From Streptosporangiaceae bacterium (GTDB lineage Bacteria; Actinomycetota; Actinomycetes; Streptosporangiales; Streptosporangiaceae), in contig DASXZD010000018.1 in the NCBI GenBank assembly GCA_036502085.1, forward strand, positions 16,094-80,093: a stretch of 64,000 nt of DNA, in the 5' to 3' direction. This document shows, piece after piece, positions 45,774-55,196 of the stretch. The notes beneath the pieces were generated by a model, which saw only the letters and a program-made list of their open reading frames with translations, was not told the origin of the DNA and searched no databases. Position numbers and translations under genes: made by a program. Position 1 is the first letter of the stretch, and every line of letters begins with the position of its first letter.

Positions 45774-46556
45774 CTAGTCGACGCCGAGGGGCGGCCTCCG
45801 GCCTACAGCCATCAGCTGTTTGCCGATGTCGGCCAGGACCGGATGGGCGGACAACTCGCGCTCCAGGGCCAGCTGCCCGTCCCAGTCGAGTGCCAGCTGC
45901 TCGGCCAGCCGCTCGCGGCCGAGCGGTACCCCGGCCGCCAGCAGCCCGCTCACCTCGACCTCGCGCAGCCCGGCGGCCTCGAAGGCCGCCGTAAGCCTGG
46001 CCCGGTCCATCAGGTGCATCTCGGCGTCGTGCCCGTCGACCGTCCAGCACCCCACCCGGGTGCGCAGCCGCTGCGCCGCCTCCGCCGGGCGGCCCGCGCG
46101 CAGCAGCTCCACGACCAGCGCCACCAGCGAGTCGACCAGCACCGCGACCCGCCCGCCGGGGCGGACCCAGCGGGCGAACCGGCGCACGGTGGCCTCGGGA
46201 TCGGCCGCGTACTGCAGCGAGCCGAGGGCGAGGACCAGGCCGGCTTCTGCTTCGGGCAGCTCCGCGGTCTCCATCGAGCCTTCGATCAGGGTGAAGCCGG
46301 GCCCGTGCCCCGCGCGCCTCAGCTCGGCGATCATCCCCGGCGCCTGCTCGATCCCGATGACCTGGTAGCCCAGCTCGGTCAGCCGGCCGACCCAGCGTCC
46401 CACGCCGCAGCCGGCGTCGATGATGGGACCTTGCTCCGGCAGGAGCTGGCGCACGCGCTCCCAGGCCAGGGTGTCGTAGGCGCGCCGGTGCGGGGCCTCG
46501 AAATGCTCGCTGTACGTGGGGGCGAGCGCGCTGTACAGCTCCTGGCTCGGGCGCAT
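45774..46556 (-). CDS. class I SAM-dependent methyltransferase
   Basis: Start moved to ATG 46556. IIDAGCGVGRW motif I. Confidence 0.85.
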   Translation of the reverse strand: MRPSQELYSALAPTYSEHFEAPHRRAYDTLAWERVRQLLPEQGPIIDAGCGVGRWVGRLTELGYQVIGIEQAPGMIAELRRAGHGPGFTLIEGSMETAELPEAEAGLVLALGSLQYAADPEATVRRFARWVRPGGRVAVLVDSLVALVVELLRAGRPAEAAQRLRTRVGCWTVDGHDAEMHLMDRARLTAAFEAAGLREVEVSGLLAAGVPLGRERLAEQLALDWDGQLALERELSAHPVLADIGKQLMAVGRRPPLGVD

Positions 46557-46558
46557 GC

Positions 46559-47653
46559 TCACCTTTCCTTTTCCTGGATGTGGCCCAGCTGCTTGCGGCC
46601 GGCTCGCCACAGCAGGTCATCCAGGTAGGTCGTGGGGCGCCAGCGCAGGTTGAGGCTGTAGTTGCTGCCGCAGCCCGCGCAGTCCTTGCGGAACAGCCGC
46701 GCGTGCTCCTCCCGGTAGTGCGCCGACTCGATTACCTCGGTGATCGGCCGCTGCCTGATGTTGAAGGCGGGGTCGTGCGCCCAGCACCCGCCGATCTCGC
46801 CCCTCGAATGGATCATGAGCTTGAGCTGGGACTCGGCGCACGGAACGTCGCGCTGCACGACCTCGGAGAAGTGCCCCGGGATGTAGTTCAGGTCGGAGTA
46901 GCGCGGCAGCCAGTGCGGGTCGGCGCGCTTGACCGCTTCGAGCTTGCCGAGCGCGGCGGCGATCTCGCCGGAGTCCAGCACCTTCTGCCGGCTCACCTCG
47001 GGCGCGCGGAACAGGAACGTGTGGTCGGTGGCGAGGTTCAGGTAGAGCTGGACCCGCAGTTCCTGCGCCAGCCGTGCGATGTCCGGCAGGTGATCGATGT
47101 TGTCCCGCATCACGGTGAAGTTCATCCGCACCTTGAGCTTGAGGCTATCCCGCTGCTCGATCAGGTTGCGCAGGTGCGTGATCGTGGTCTCGAACGCGCC
47201 GAGCCGCCCTCGTATCCGGTCGTGCACCAGGCCGTTAGGACCGTCCACCGAGATGTTGAAGCTCCGGACGCCGGCCGCCAGCACGTCCTGGACTGTCCCG
47301 GGTGTGAGCCGGATGCCGTTGGTGTTCAGGTGCATGCGGCGCATGCCCAGGTCGCGGGCGAACGCCATGAGCTCGATCGCGTCCGGCCTGATCAGCGGCT
47401 CGCCGCCGGTGAAGTTCGCCTTGAGGATCCGCAGCTCGGCGAGCTGGCGCAGCACGTCCTTCCACTCGTCGGTGGTCAGCTCGTCCTTGGTGTTCTCCAG
47501 CCAGCAGCTGCAGCTTTTGCAGCGCAGGTTGCAGTTCTCGGTCAGGAACAGCTCGGCGACCAGCGGCCGGACGTGCAGATTAGGGGCGATCTTCCGCTTG
47601 ACGGCCAGCTGGGTGAAGAAGCTGGCTAGCTGGATGTTCTCCGCAACTTTCAT
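46559..47653 (-). CDS. radical SAM protein with a Cys-rich C-terminal (SPASM/twitch-like) region
   Basis: Start moved to ATG 47653 (ATGA overlap with the upstream stop). CNLRCKSCSC = CxxxCxxC. GGEPL. C-terminal CAES...GGCW...CAGCGS. Confidence 0.88.
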   Translation of the reverse strand: MKVAENIQLASFFTQLAVKRKIAPNLHVRPLVAELFLTENCNLRCKSCSCWLENTKDELTTDEWKDVLRQLAELRILKANFTGGEPLIRPDAIELMAFARDLGMRRMHLNTNGIRLTPGTVQDVLAAGVRSFNISVDGPNGLVHDRIRGRLGAFETTITHLRNLIEQRDSLKLKVRMNFTVMRDNIDHLPDIARLAQELRVQLYLNLATDHTFLFRAPEVSRQKVLDSGEIAAALGKLEAVKRADPHWLPRYSDLNYIPGHFSEVVQRDVPCAESQLKLMIHSRGEIGGCWAHDPAFNIRQRPITEVIESAHYREEHARLFRKDCAGCGSNYSLNLRWRPTTYLDDLLWRAGRKQLGHIQEKER

Positions 47654-48492
47654 GAGACCTTCCTCGCGGTCACGAAAATGTTTGCGGACCCGAAGATCTT
47701 GCCGTCCAGGTAGATGGCCCGCTCGAACCATCCGCGTACCGGCCCGCGGGTCAGCAGGGCCGGCACCTGGAACCAGCGCCAGAACAGGTTCGCGCCCTCG
47801 ACGGTGACCGGCTCGAAGCCGTGCCCGCGCAGCAGCGCGAGCAGGTCGGCGCGCCGGTAGTTCGTGTGGCAGTCTCTGCCGACCGACATGTCGCCGCGCA
47901 GCCCGTCGGACAGGTCGACGAACCGCTCCTCGTACACCCGGCGGCCGAACCGGGCCTGGTACGCCGTCCGGTGCAGCCTCGGGAACCGGAACTTCGCGTT
48001 GTCCGGATCGAGGAACGAGAAGACATGACGCTGCGGAGCGGTCAGCACGAGCAGCCCGCCCGGCACCAGCACGCGATGGATCTCGTCGAGCAGGCGGCCT
48101 TCGTCGGGGACGTGCTCCAGTACGTCGAGCAGCGAGACCGAGTCGAACTCGGCCGGGCCGAAGCACAGCTCGCCGTGCACCGGGAGCAGGTGGAGGGGCA
48201 GCTGGACTTTCTTCTCTTTGAGTGCGGCGAGGTAGCCGGGGTGCGGGTCGGCGCCGGAGCACTGGAGCGAGGTCGTGGCGGCGAGCGCGCAGACGAATTC
48301 GCCTTCGCTGCAGCCCAGGTCGAGGTGGCGGCCCGCGCGCCCGGCGAGTTGCTGCCAGGCGAACGCGTACCGCCGCAGGTGATGCCGGGCGAACGGGTTC
48401 GGCTCGCGGGGGTTTGGCTTGTCGGTGTTTAGCTCACCGGGGTTCAGCTCAGCGGTCACGGCCGTCACGACACAATCGCGCGCACAGCGCAT
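47650..48492 (-). CDS. class I SAM-dependent methyltransferase
   Basis: HLDLGCSEGEF motif I and LLDVLEHVPDE. Start is uncertain (ATG 48492 overlaps the upstream gene by 44 nt; GTG 48459/48468 are alternatives). Confidence 0.8.
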   Translation of the reverse strand: MRCARDCVVTAVTAELNPGELNTDKPNPREPNPFARHHLRRYAFAWQQLAGRAGRHLDLGCSEGEFVCALAATTSLQCSGADPHPGYLAALKEKKVQLPLHLLPVHGELCFGPAEFDSVSLLDVLEHVPDEGRLLDEIHRVLVPGGLLVLTAPQRHVFSFLDPDNAKFRFPRLHRTAYQARFGRRVYEERFVDLSDGLRGDMSVGRDCHTNYRRADLLALLRGHGFEPVTVEGANLFWRWFQVPALLTRGPVRGWFERAIYLDGKIFGSANIFVTARKVS

Positions 48493-48985
48493 CCAGGGTC
48501 TCGATGATGTGGCCGGGCGTGGCTGCGGGCGCGACCGGCCGCTCGCGCAGCAGCCGGTCCTGCTCGGCGTCGTGCCCCGCGACCGCCGCGGGCAACTCGG
48601 CGGTGTCCCAGACGGCGATGACCGGACCGGTGCGCTCCTCCATCCGCAGGTAGTCGACCTGGTGGTCGTTGCCCATCTCGCCCCGCGCCGACATCCTGGC
48701 CACGGCGATCGGAACCTTGTGCAGCCGCTGGACGAGTCGCACCGTGTTGCCGGCGTGGGTGATGACGATGTCCGCGGTCTTGATCCGCGCCTCCAGGTCG
48801 TCGAAAGCGATGAAGGGACTGTGCGGGCACGGCGGCGCCACGGTCGAGGTGCCTGTCTGCGCGAAGACTTCGTAGCCGGCGCAGATCGGCGCGAGCGCGC
48901 CGATGAGCCGGTCGAACGGCCACGGCCCCATGCCCACCGTGACCAGGATGCGGGCTCTGCCGGGCACGTCGGCAGTGCTGGCCAT
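48449..48985 (-). CDS. Alg13-like / GT28 C-terminal-domain glycosyltransferase subunit (PssE-like)
   Basis: Start moved to ATG 48985. ILVTVGMGPWPFDRL...ADIVITHAGNTV...VPIAVAR. Confidence 0.75.
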   Translation of the reverse strand: MASTADVPGRARILVTVGMGPWPFDRLIGALAPICAGYEVFAQTGTSTVAPPCPHSPFIAFDDLEARIKTADIVITHAGNTVRLVQRLHKVPIAVARMSARGEMGNDHQVDYLRMEERTGPVIAVWDTAELPAAVAGHDAEQDRLLRERPVAPAATPGHIIETLDALCARLCRDGRDR

Positions 48986-49449
48986 CAGTACAGCTCCCCG
49001 ATCAGGACGGAGCGAGGTCGGGCGGCGGCCAGCGAAGGCCGCTGGATAAGCACCGCGGCCGCCAGCCGACCGCAGACCCGGCTCGCTGCCCCGGACGTGC
49101 TCACGATGTTGAAGGTCTCCAGCCACAGGGCGGGCACCCGCATCAGCCGCGCGGCGATGAACATCCCCACCGCGACGCCCGACCCGGCCGAGATGATCAC
49201 GTCGGGACGCTCCCGGCGCAGGATCCGCAGTGCGCGGATGATCGCGGCCAGCACGCCGAGCGGCCTGCGGACCGACTGCTCCCGCTCCCAGTGCACCCGC
49301 TCGCCGGCCAGCAGCGCGGTCGTATCCGCCGCCTGCACGGCGACCCAGGCCGCATCCTGGCGGGCCACCCACGGCTGGAGCGCGAGCAGGTCGAGCAGCA
49401 CCCCGCCGCTGCTCGAAACCAGCAGCACCCGGTAACGGTGATCCTCCAT
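48985..49449 (-). CDS. Alg14-like glycosyltransferase membrane-anchor subunit (PssD-like)
   Basis: Start moved to ATG 49449 (MEDHRYRVLLVSSSGGVLLDLLAL). DVIISAGSGVAVGMFIAARLMRVPALWLETF. Confidence 0.75.
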   Translation of the reverse strand: MEDHRYRVLLVSSSGGVLLDLLALQPWVARQDAAWVAVQAADTTALLAGERVHWEREQSVRRPLGVLAAIIRALRILRRERPDVIISAGSGVAVGMFIAARLMRVPALWLETFNIVSTSGAASRVCGRLAAAVLIQRPSLAAARPRSVLIGELY

Positions 49450-49823
49450 GGCACCCCCGCCCCTCGCCTGCACTCGCGGCCGACCGGGGGCATAAGCCGC
49501 AACTCGATCGCTAACCCTATCGAGCCGGCTGGCCCGGCCGAACTGGGTCCCCGACGCCCAGATCCCCTCGCCGATGGCGGCCGCATTCCAGCTCGCACCG
49601 GCATTCGGGCAGGTCAGCTTGTACCGGCATGCCCGATTCCTGGGCATACGATACGGGCTCGCCGGCCACCGCATCAAGAGCCGTGCCGCACGCTCAGCCC
49701 GCCGGCCACCCGCCCCAGCACCCCCCACACCCACTCCCCACTCGCCAGCCGAAGGGCGTCGGACCGCACATCGCTGCCCTCAGGCGGGCAGCAAACCGCA
49801 TATCGACACCCTTCGGGCCTGGG

Positions 49824-50576
49824 TCAGCCGGGCGGACGGCGGGCGACGAAGACCACGCGGGGGTCGCGGTCCTCTGTGGTCTGCTCGGTCATGGACTCGG
49901 CCGTGAAGCCGGCCTCGGCCAGCAGGCTGAGCCAGGCCTCGCGGCCGAACAGCCCGAGCCGGTGCGTCTCGTGCACGACCCGGACCGGAGCGTCGAGGTC
50001 GCGCAGCATGTACACGTAGTCGGTCAGGGTCCAGGTGTCGGCGGGATCCGGATCCCAGGACCACTCCAGGAAGCGCGCCGACCGGCCGTCGTCGCCGTCA
50101 CCGCCGCCGCAGCCGGTGCCCGCCTCGAAGGTCTCGGTGATGTTGTCGGGGATGAAGATCGCGACCCCGCCGGGGCGGCAGTGCGCGAAGGCGGTGGCCA
50201 TCACCTGCCTGAGGTCGGCCTCGCTGGTCATGTAGGCCACCGCGTTGTGCACGAGCACGGCGTCGAAGGTCCGGCCCAGCCGGATGGTCCGCATGTCGCC
50301 CAGGACGTGCCGGCAGTCCGGATTGAGCTTTGCTGACACCTCGAGCATGGCCTCGGACAGGTCGACCAGCGTGAAGTCGAACCGTGCCTTTAGGTGACTG
50401 GCGTTGCTCCCGCCGCCGCTGCCCAGTTCCAGCACGTCACGGACCGGACCCGTGGCCAGCCCGAATGCTCCCGCCATGAAGGCCGCTTCTTCCGCGTAGT
50501 CCTGCGGCGGCGAGATCAGCGGCCACCAGCTGGCCAGGTCCTGATAGAGGCGGTAGTCCGCGGTCGCGTCAGCCAT
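49824..50576 (-). CDS. class I SAM-dependent methyltransferase
   Basis: Start moved to ATG 50576 (MADATADYRLYQDL). VLELGSGGGSNASHL motif I. Confidence 0.85.
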   Translation of the reverse strand: MADATADYRLYQDLASWWPLISPPQDYAEEAAFMAGAFGLATGPVRDVLELGSGGGSNASHLKARFDFTLVDLSEAMLEVSAKLNPDCRHVLGDMRTIRLGRTFDAVLVHNAVAYMTSEADLRQVMATAFAHCRPGGVAIFIPDNITETFEAGTGCGGGDGDDGRSARFLEWSWDPDPADTWTLTDYVYMLRDLDAPVRVVHETHRLGLFGREAWLSLLAEAGFTAESMTEQTTEDRDPRVVFVARRPPG

Positions 50577-50781
50577 GACGCCCATTGTCGGGGTTATCCT
50601 CGACAGCGGCTGGCCACCGGCTCGGCCGGCGCACTCCCATTCATGATCATCTTGCCTTTGCATGCGTTCTGGCCATTTCATGACCCGTTTTGTCCCGTTC
50701 CGTGGGCACGGAACGCGTGCAAAGAAGCGGGGTTCTCCCCGTGATCGTGGCGGGAGCCCGGACCGGCCTTCGGTGCGCCGC

Positions 50782-50811
50782 TTGACATGCCAAGCAAATG
50801 CTCATTATAGT
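50782..50811 (+). promoter_or_regulatory. near-consensus sigma70/HrdB-type promoter
   Basis: TTGACA (50782..50787), an 18-nt spacer, then TATAGT (50806..50811). GAGGAGG and GTG 50840 lie downstream. Confidence 0.6.
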
Positions 50812-50839
50812 TAGCAGCAGACGATCCGAGGAGGAAATC

Positions 50840-51157
50840 GTGACCGACTACCGCACAGCGGGCAAGCAGCTGCAGGAGGAGTTCCTGAGCGCGGTTCGCA
50901 ACAGCCAGAACGCCGTTCTCGACGCGATCGAGACGTGGGCCAGCACGGTCAGGCAGATCACGCCGTCGGTGCCCGAGCTCAACGTGCCGTTCGCCGAGAA
51001 GCTGCCCAAGCCGCAGGACCTCGTGTCGAACGCCTACGACTTCGCCGAGAAGCTGCTGGCCAGCCAGCGGAAGTTCGCCGAGGACGTGCTCGAGGCGACC
51101 GCGATGCTGCCCAGCAAGGACGACGCTCCCGCCAAGAAGACCACCGCGGCCAAGTAA
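50840..51157 (+). CDS. conserved helical hypothetical protein (phasin-like composition)
   Basis: Start moved to GTG 50840, which follows GAGGAGG. VTDYRTAGKQLQEEFLSAVRNSQNAVLDAIETWAS... Confidence 0.7.
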   Translation: MTDYRTAGKQLQEEFLSAVRNSQNAVLDAIETWASTVRQITPSVPELNVPFAEKLPKPQDLVSNAYDFAEKLLASQRKFAEDVLEATAMLPSKDDAPAKKTTAAK

Positions 51158-51332
51158 GACCGTGCGAGCACGGCTCGGCTGGATCCAGCCGCCCGAGGAA
51201 CACGGCAGCGGCCGGAAGGCTCAGCCACAGGCGCGGCGGACCCGGATCGGGTTCGCCGCGCGACCATTTGTGCTTACGATACTGAGCAGATACATACATT
51301 ACGTCGGCTTTGCCGGGTCAGGGGCGGGATCG

Positions 51333-51704
51333 ATGGCGCACCCGTGGGACGCGCAGATGGAAGTCTTCGGTACCTTCATCCGCAACCAGCGCAAGCTGGC
51401 GAACCTGTCGCTCCGCCAGTTGGCCGAGCTCACCAGCCTGTCCAATCCCTACCTGAGCCAGCTCGAGCGCGGCATGCACCAGCCGTCCGTCCGCGTGCTC
51501 AAGCAGCTGTCCGGCGCGCTTAACGTGTCCGCCGAGATGCTGCTGGCGCAGGCCGGACTGCTCGACTCAGATCCGGCCGAGCCCGCGCAGCCCGATGCCC
51601 CGTCGGCGGCGTCCGTGGCGGCCGCCATCGGAGCCGACGACCAGCTCGACGCCGAGCAGAAGGCCGCGCTCCTCGCCGTCTACCAGAGCATGCTGCGCCC
51701 GTAG
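51333..51704 (+). CDS. XRE-family HTH transcriptional regulator
   Basis: Start moved to ATG 51333. LSLRQLAELTSLSNPYLSQLERGMHQPSVRVLKQLSGAL. Confidence 0.8.
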   Translation: MAHPWDAQMEVFGTFIRNQRKLANLSLRQLAELTSLSNPYLSQLERGMHQPSVRVLKQLSGALNVSAEMLLAQAGLLDSDPAEPAQPDAPSAASVAAAIGADDQLDAEQKAALLAVYQSMLRP

Positions 51705-51777
51705 CGCCCCCTCAGGCCCAGCGTGGCCTGCTCCGCGAGCCAGAGCAAAGAGGCGCCACCTCCGCCCGTAGCAGCCA

Positions 51778-52635
51778 TCAAGGCTGCGGCAGGCCGGCCT
51801 GGTCGAAGGCGGCGCTGACGGTCTGGTCGAGCAGCACCGCGAGCGTCATCGGGCCGACGCCGCCGGGCACTGGGGTGATCAGGCTGGCCACCTCGACCGC
51901 TTCGGCGAAGGCGACATCGCCCACCGGGCCGGGGCTGTAGCCAGCGTCGATCACGACCGCGCCCGGCTTGAGCCAGCCGCCGCGGACGAACTCCGCCCGG
52001 CCCACCGCCGCGACGACGATATCCGCGGTCCGGACGATCTCGGGCAGTTGCTCGGTCTTCGAATGGCAGTACGTGACGGTAGCGTCGCGGCCGAGCAGCA
52101 GCATGCCGGCCGGCTTGCCGAGAATGGGGCTGCGGCCGATCACGACCGTGTGCTGGCCGCTCAGCTTGACGTCGTAGGCATCGAGCAGCCGCATGATCCC
52201 GCCGGGGGTGGCGCCGGTGAACCCGCAGCGACCGAACGCTATCGCCGCGAAAGAGTGCATCGTCACCCCGTCCACGTCCTTGTCGGGCGATATCGCGTCG
52301 AACGCGGCCTGCTCGTCAATGTGCCGGGGCACCGGGTGCTGCAGCAGGATCCCGTGCACGCCGTCGTCCGCGGACAACCCGGAGATCACGCCGATCAGCG
52401 CCTCGGTGCTGACCTGCGCGGGCAGGGGCACGTGCCGTGAGTCGAGCCCGGCCTGACGGCACCGGGACTGCTTCATCTTCACGTAGGTAGCCGAGGCCGG
52501 ATCGTCGCCGACCAGCACCGTGGCCAGGCACGGGGCGGCGCCGGTCAGTTCGGTGAACCGGGCCGCGCGGCTGGCCACCGCCGCGACGGTCGCGGCGGCG
52601 AGCGCGGTCCCGTTCATCAGCGCGGCCTGAGGCAT
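51778..52635 (-). CDS. folD: bifunctional methylenetetrahydrofolate dehydrogenase/cyclohydrolase
   Basis: LVGDDPASATYVKMK, GILLQHPVP, DKDVDG and VIGRSPILGKP motifs. Confidence 0.92.
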   Translation of the reverse strand: MPQAALMNGTALAAATVAAVASRAARFTELTGAAPCLATVLVGDDPASATYVKMKQSRCRQAGLDSRHVPLPAQVSTEALIGVISGLSADDGVHGILLQHPVPRHIDEQAAFDAISPDKDVDGVTMHSFAAIAFGRCGFTGATPGGIMRLLDAYDVKLSGQHTVVIGRSPILGKPAGMLLLGRDATVTYCHSKTEQLPEIVRTADIVVAAVGRAEFVRGGWLKPGAVVIDAGYSPGPVGDVAFAEAVEVASLITPVPGGVGPMTLAVLLDQTVSAAFDQAGLPQP

Positions 52636-52720
52636 GCGGCTACCCTCACGTCCCTCGTCTGCGGATTCGGGCTCAGCCTAGCGGCTGGCCGGCCTGTCCG
52701 AATCGGCATACATTCGCAGC

Positions 52721-53407
52721 ATGAGTGAGTCTCTGCCGCTTTTCCCGCTGGGCACCGTGCTCTACCCCGGCTTGCTGCTGCCGCTGCACATCTTCGAGGA
52801 GCGCTACCGGCAGCTGGTGCGGGATCTGATGAACGGGCCCGATCCGCGGCAGTTCGGGGTGATCGCGATCAGGAAGGGCCGCGAAACCGGCGTGGACGGG
52901 GTGTCCGCGCTGTTCGAGATTGGCTGCACGGCGACGCTGCGCCGGGTCACCGAGCACGACGACGGCACGTTCGACCTAGTTACCGTGGGCACGCGGCGTT
53001 TCAGGCTGAAGTCACTCGACGATCCGGCGCCGTACCTGCAGGGCCAGGTCGAGTACCTCGCCGACGCCTACGACGCGGCCGGCGCCGGTGACTCCGAAGA
53101 CGAGGCGGCGGACGCGGTCCGCGCGGTGCAGCATGCGTTCGGCGAGTATCTCGGCGCGCTGGCCGCACGGGGGGCCGCCCGGCGCGGCGTTCCCGACCTG
53201 CCGGACGACCCGCTCGTGCTGTCCTACCTGGTGGCGGCGTCGATAGTGATCGACCTGCCGGACCAGCAGGCGCTGCTGGCCGAGCCGGACGCGCGGCACC
53301 GGCTCGAGGCCGAGCGCAGGCTGCTGGTCCGGGAGACCGCGATGCTGCGGACGCTCACCTCGATGCCGGCGCCCGACCTGAGGTACTCGCCCTCCAACCC
53401 CAACTGA
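52721..53407 (+). CDS. LON substrate-binding (N-terminal) domain protein
   Basis: LPLFPLGTVLYPGLLLPLHIFEERYRQLV. Confidence 0.85.
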   Translation: MSESLPLFPLGTVLYPGLLLPLHIFEERYRQLVRDLMNGPDPRQFGVIAIRKGRETGVDGVSALFEIGCTATLRRVTEHDDGTFDLVTVGTRRFRLKSLDDPAPYLQGQVEYLADAYDAAGAGDSEDEAADAVRAVQHAFGEYLGALAARGAARRGVPDLPDDPLVLSYLVAASIVIDLPDQQALLAEPDARHRLEAERRLLVRETAMLRTLTSMPAPDLRYSPSNPN

Positions 53408-53578
53408 CACGCCCCGTCTAGTCCTGAGATCCGGAAGCACCTCGGCGGAAGCTGGATTACCGCGGCTATTGACAACTCTTTTAACCACTTAGTTACGTAA
53501 CGGTTGCGCTGCCGTAGCCGATCGGCAGCAGTGGATTCGACACCAGCATCTAGATCAGCAAGCTGAGGGGACCCAGCG

Positions 53579-54614
53579 ATGCATTCTTTCAACCAGCCTA
53601 GGCGGACGCGGCGGCGGATCTGGCTCACGTGGCGCCTGATGGTTCCGATTGTGGCGGTCGCGACCCTCGTCGGGTTAGCCGAACCGGTCCGTGCGGGCTA
53701 GTCGGCGGACGCGGCCCAGGCGACGTTATCGGCCAGCCGGCACCAGTCGGCGGCACGCGCGCTGGCGGCATCCCGGGCCCGTGCGGCGCGGGCCCGCCTG
53801 ACTACGGCCCAGCTCATCCAGGCCGCGGGGGAGGTCGGCCCGCGGCTGCCTGTTCACCGCATGTCTCCGGTTGCGCGGGATATCCGGGTCCATCCTCCGG
53901 TCACCGGCGGCGCCAGGCTGCCCGCCACGGTCACGCCGCTGAGCGGATCGATGATCTCGCCGCAGAATGAGAACCAGACGTCGACGGTGCTGAGCTTGCA
54001 GGCGCAACTGACCGGAGGCTGTGGGAGCCCGTGCGGCGCGACGACCTACAGCGGAGTGACGTTCCAGTACCGGCTGGGCACAAGCGGCTCGACTGCTGCA
54101 GATCCAGGCTCAGTTCACCGACGGCGTTGGCGACACCTACACCACCTCACCGGTCACGGTTACATTCGACAAGCTAGGCAGCGGCGGCAACTTCGCTACC
54201 GCGACGGTCGGCCCCGTGACGGTCGGCCTGCAGTCAGGAAACATGGCGCTGTCGGCAACAGACGTATCGATCCCCGGCTTTGGCCTGGGCCTGTCGGTGT
54301 CGCGGACCTTCAATTCCTTGACGCCTGCCGTTCCCTCCATCTTCGGCCCCGGATGGACATCAAGCCTGCCGGTCCCCGGCAGCACCATGGACTGGGCAGC
54401 CGTGACCGACGACAGCAGCTACGCCGTGCTCATCGACAGCAGCTACGCCGTGCTCATCGACAGCAGCGGCACGGCGCTCACGTTCGCCGCCGGGACACCG
54501 TCGGGGGGGATCACCCCATACACCGCCCAGGGCGGGGCGTCTGCGGCGGGCCTGGACTTCTATATCTGGGGTTCGCTGTATGCGAACGCTTACCGAAATG
54601 GGTGGTGCACTTGA
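53579..54614 (+). pseudogene. decayed RHS/YD-repeat-type polymorphic toxin gene (N-terminal part only)
   Basis: ATG 53579 with signal peptide MHSFNQPRRTRRRIWLTWRLMVPIVAVATLVGLAEPVRA. In-frame TAG at 53699. Frame change near 54075..54100. GNMALSATDVSIPGFGLGLSVSRTFNS...FGPGWTS is the DUF6531/RHS entry motif. The gene terminates at 54614 with no RHS core. Confidence 0.7.
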
Positions 54615-55184
54615 TGAACAGATCACCTATATCTCTGCGGGAGAATTACCGTCGTTTCGAGGAGGTCATCGAAGCTGTCCGCTCCGAAGCTCATGACCTT
54701 AGTCGGCCTCAGGTCCGGCAGCGACTCTGGGCAGAAATGCGGTCGCGGGGGATTATGCCTGCGCCGCCGACGGTTGACCGTATCGTCGATGACATCATGA
54801 TCGGTTCCGGAGTAACTGGACGTGCGCGGCGGTCCGCGCGACGTCTTGCTGGGCGTGCGCGAACATGTCATTCTCAGCCCGGAGGCTCAAGATCCACTCG
54901 CTGTCGGCGAGGCCGACATCTTTGACGTGTGGCTCGATTGTGCCGGACCAGAGCCCGACTCTGGCGCTCCCGGCGACGACGAGCCGATCTCAGTCTTCCG
55001 CGGAGAGCAGCGCGTCGGGCTGCTCGGTCCGCAGGCCAGTCGTGCCTACCACCACGCGGTCCAGGAGGCCCGCGAAGCTGGCCTAGTGCCGGTGACCGTA
55101 ACCACCCGCAGCAAGGCTAGTGACGGGTCCTGGCAGCTGAATCTGGGCCTTCCGGCACGAGGTCAGTTGAGATTCCACGTCTGA
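54614..55184 (+). CDS. immunity-like orphan ORF(s), lower GC, apparently split over two frames (54614..54925 and 54822..55184)
   Basis: ATG overlaps the upstream stop (TGATG). MNRSPISLRENYRRFEEVIEAVRSEAHDL... then turns into an Arg-rich tail, while the +1 frame continues protein-like (VLLGVREHVILSPEAQDPLAVGEADIFDVWLD...). Confidence 0.4.
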
Positions 55185-55196
55185 TTCTGACGCTGT

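Noticed and set aside
45736-46620. First 295 codons of the 990-aa ORF 43648..46620
   Set aside because: They overlap the methyltransferase gene 45774..46556 in another frame and are Arg/Ala/Gly/Pro-rich. A clean ATG with a Rossmann motif begins at 45735.
49450-49734. Cys-containing upstream extension of the Alg14-like ORF (MPRNRACRYKLTCPNAGASWN...) as a RiPP precursor for the radical SAM enzyme
   Set aside because: It is in frame with, and not separated by a stop from, the Alg14-like gene. It has only two Cys and moderate GC3. The Alg14 domain starts exactly at ATG 49449, which has its own purine-rich upstream sequence.
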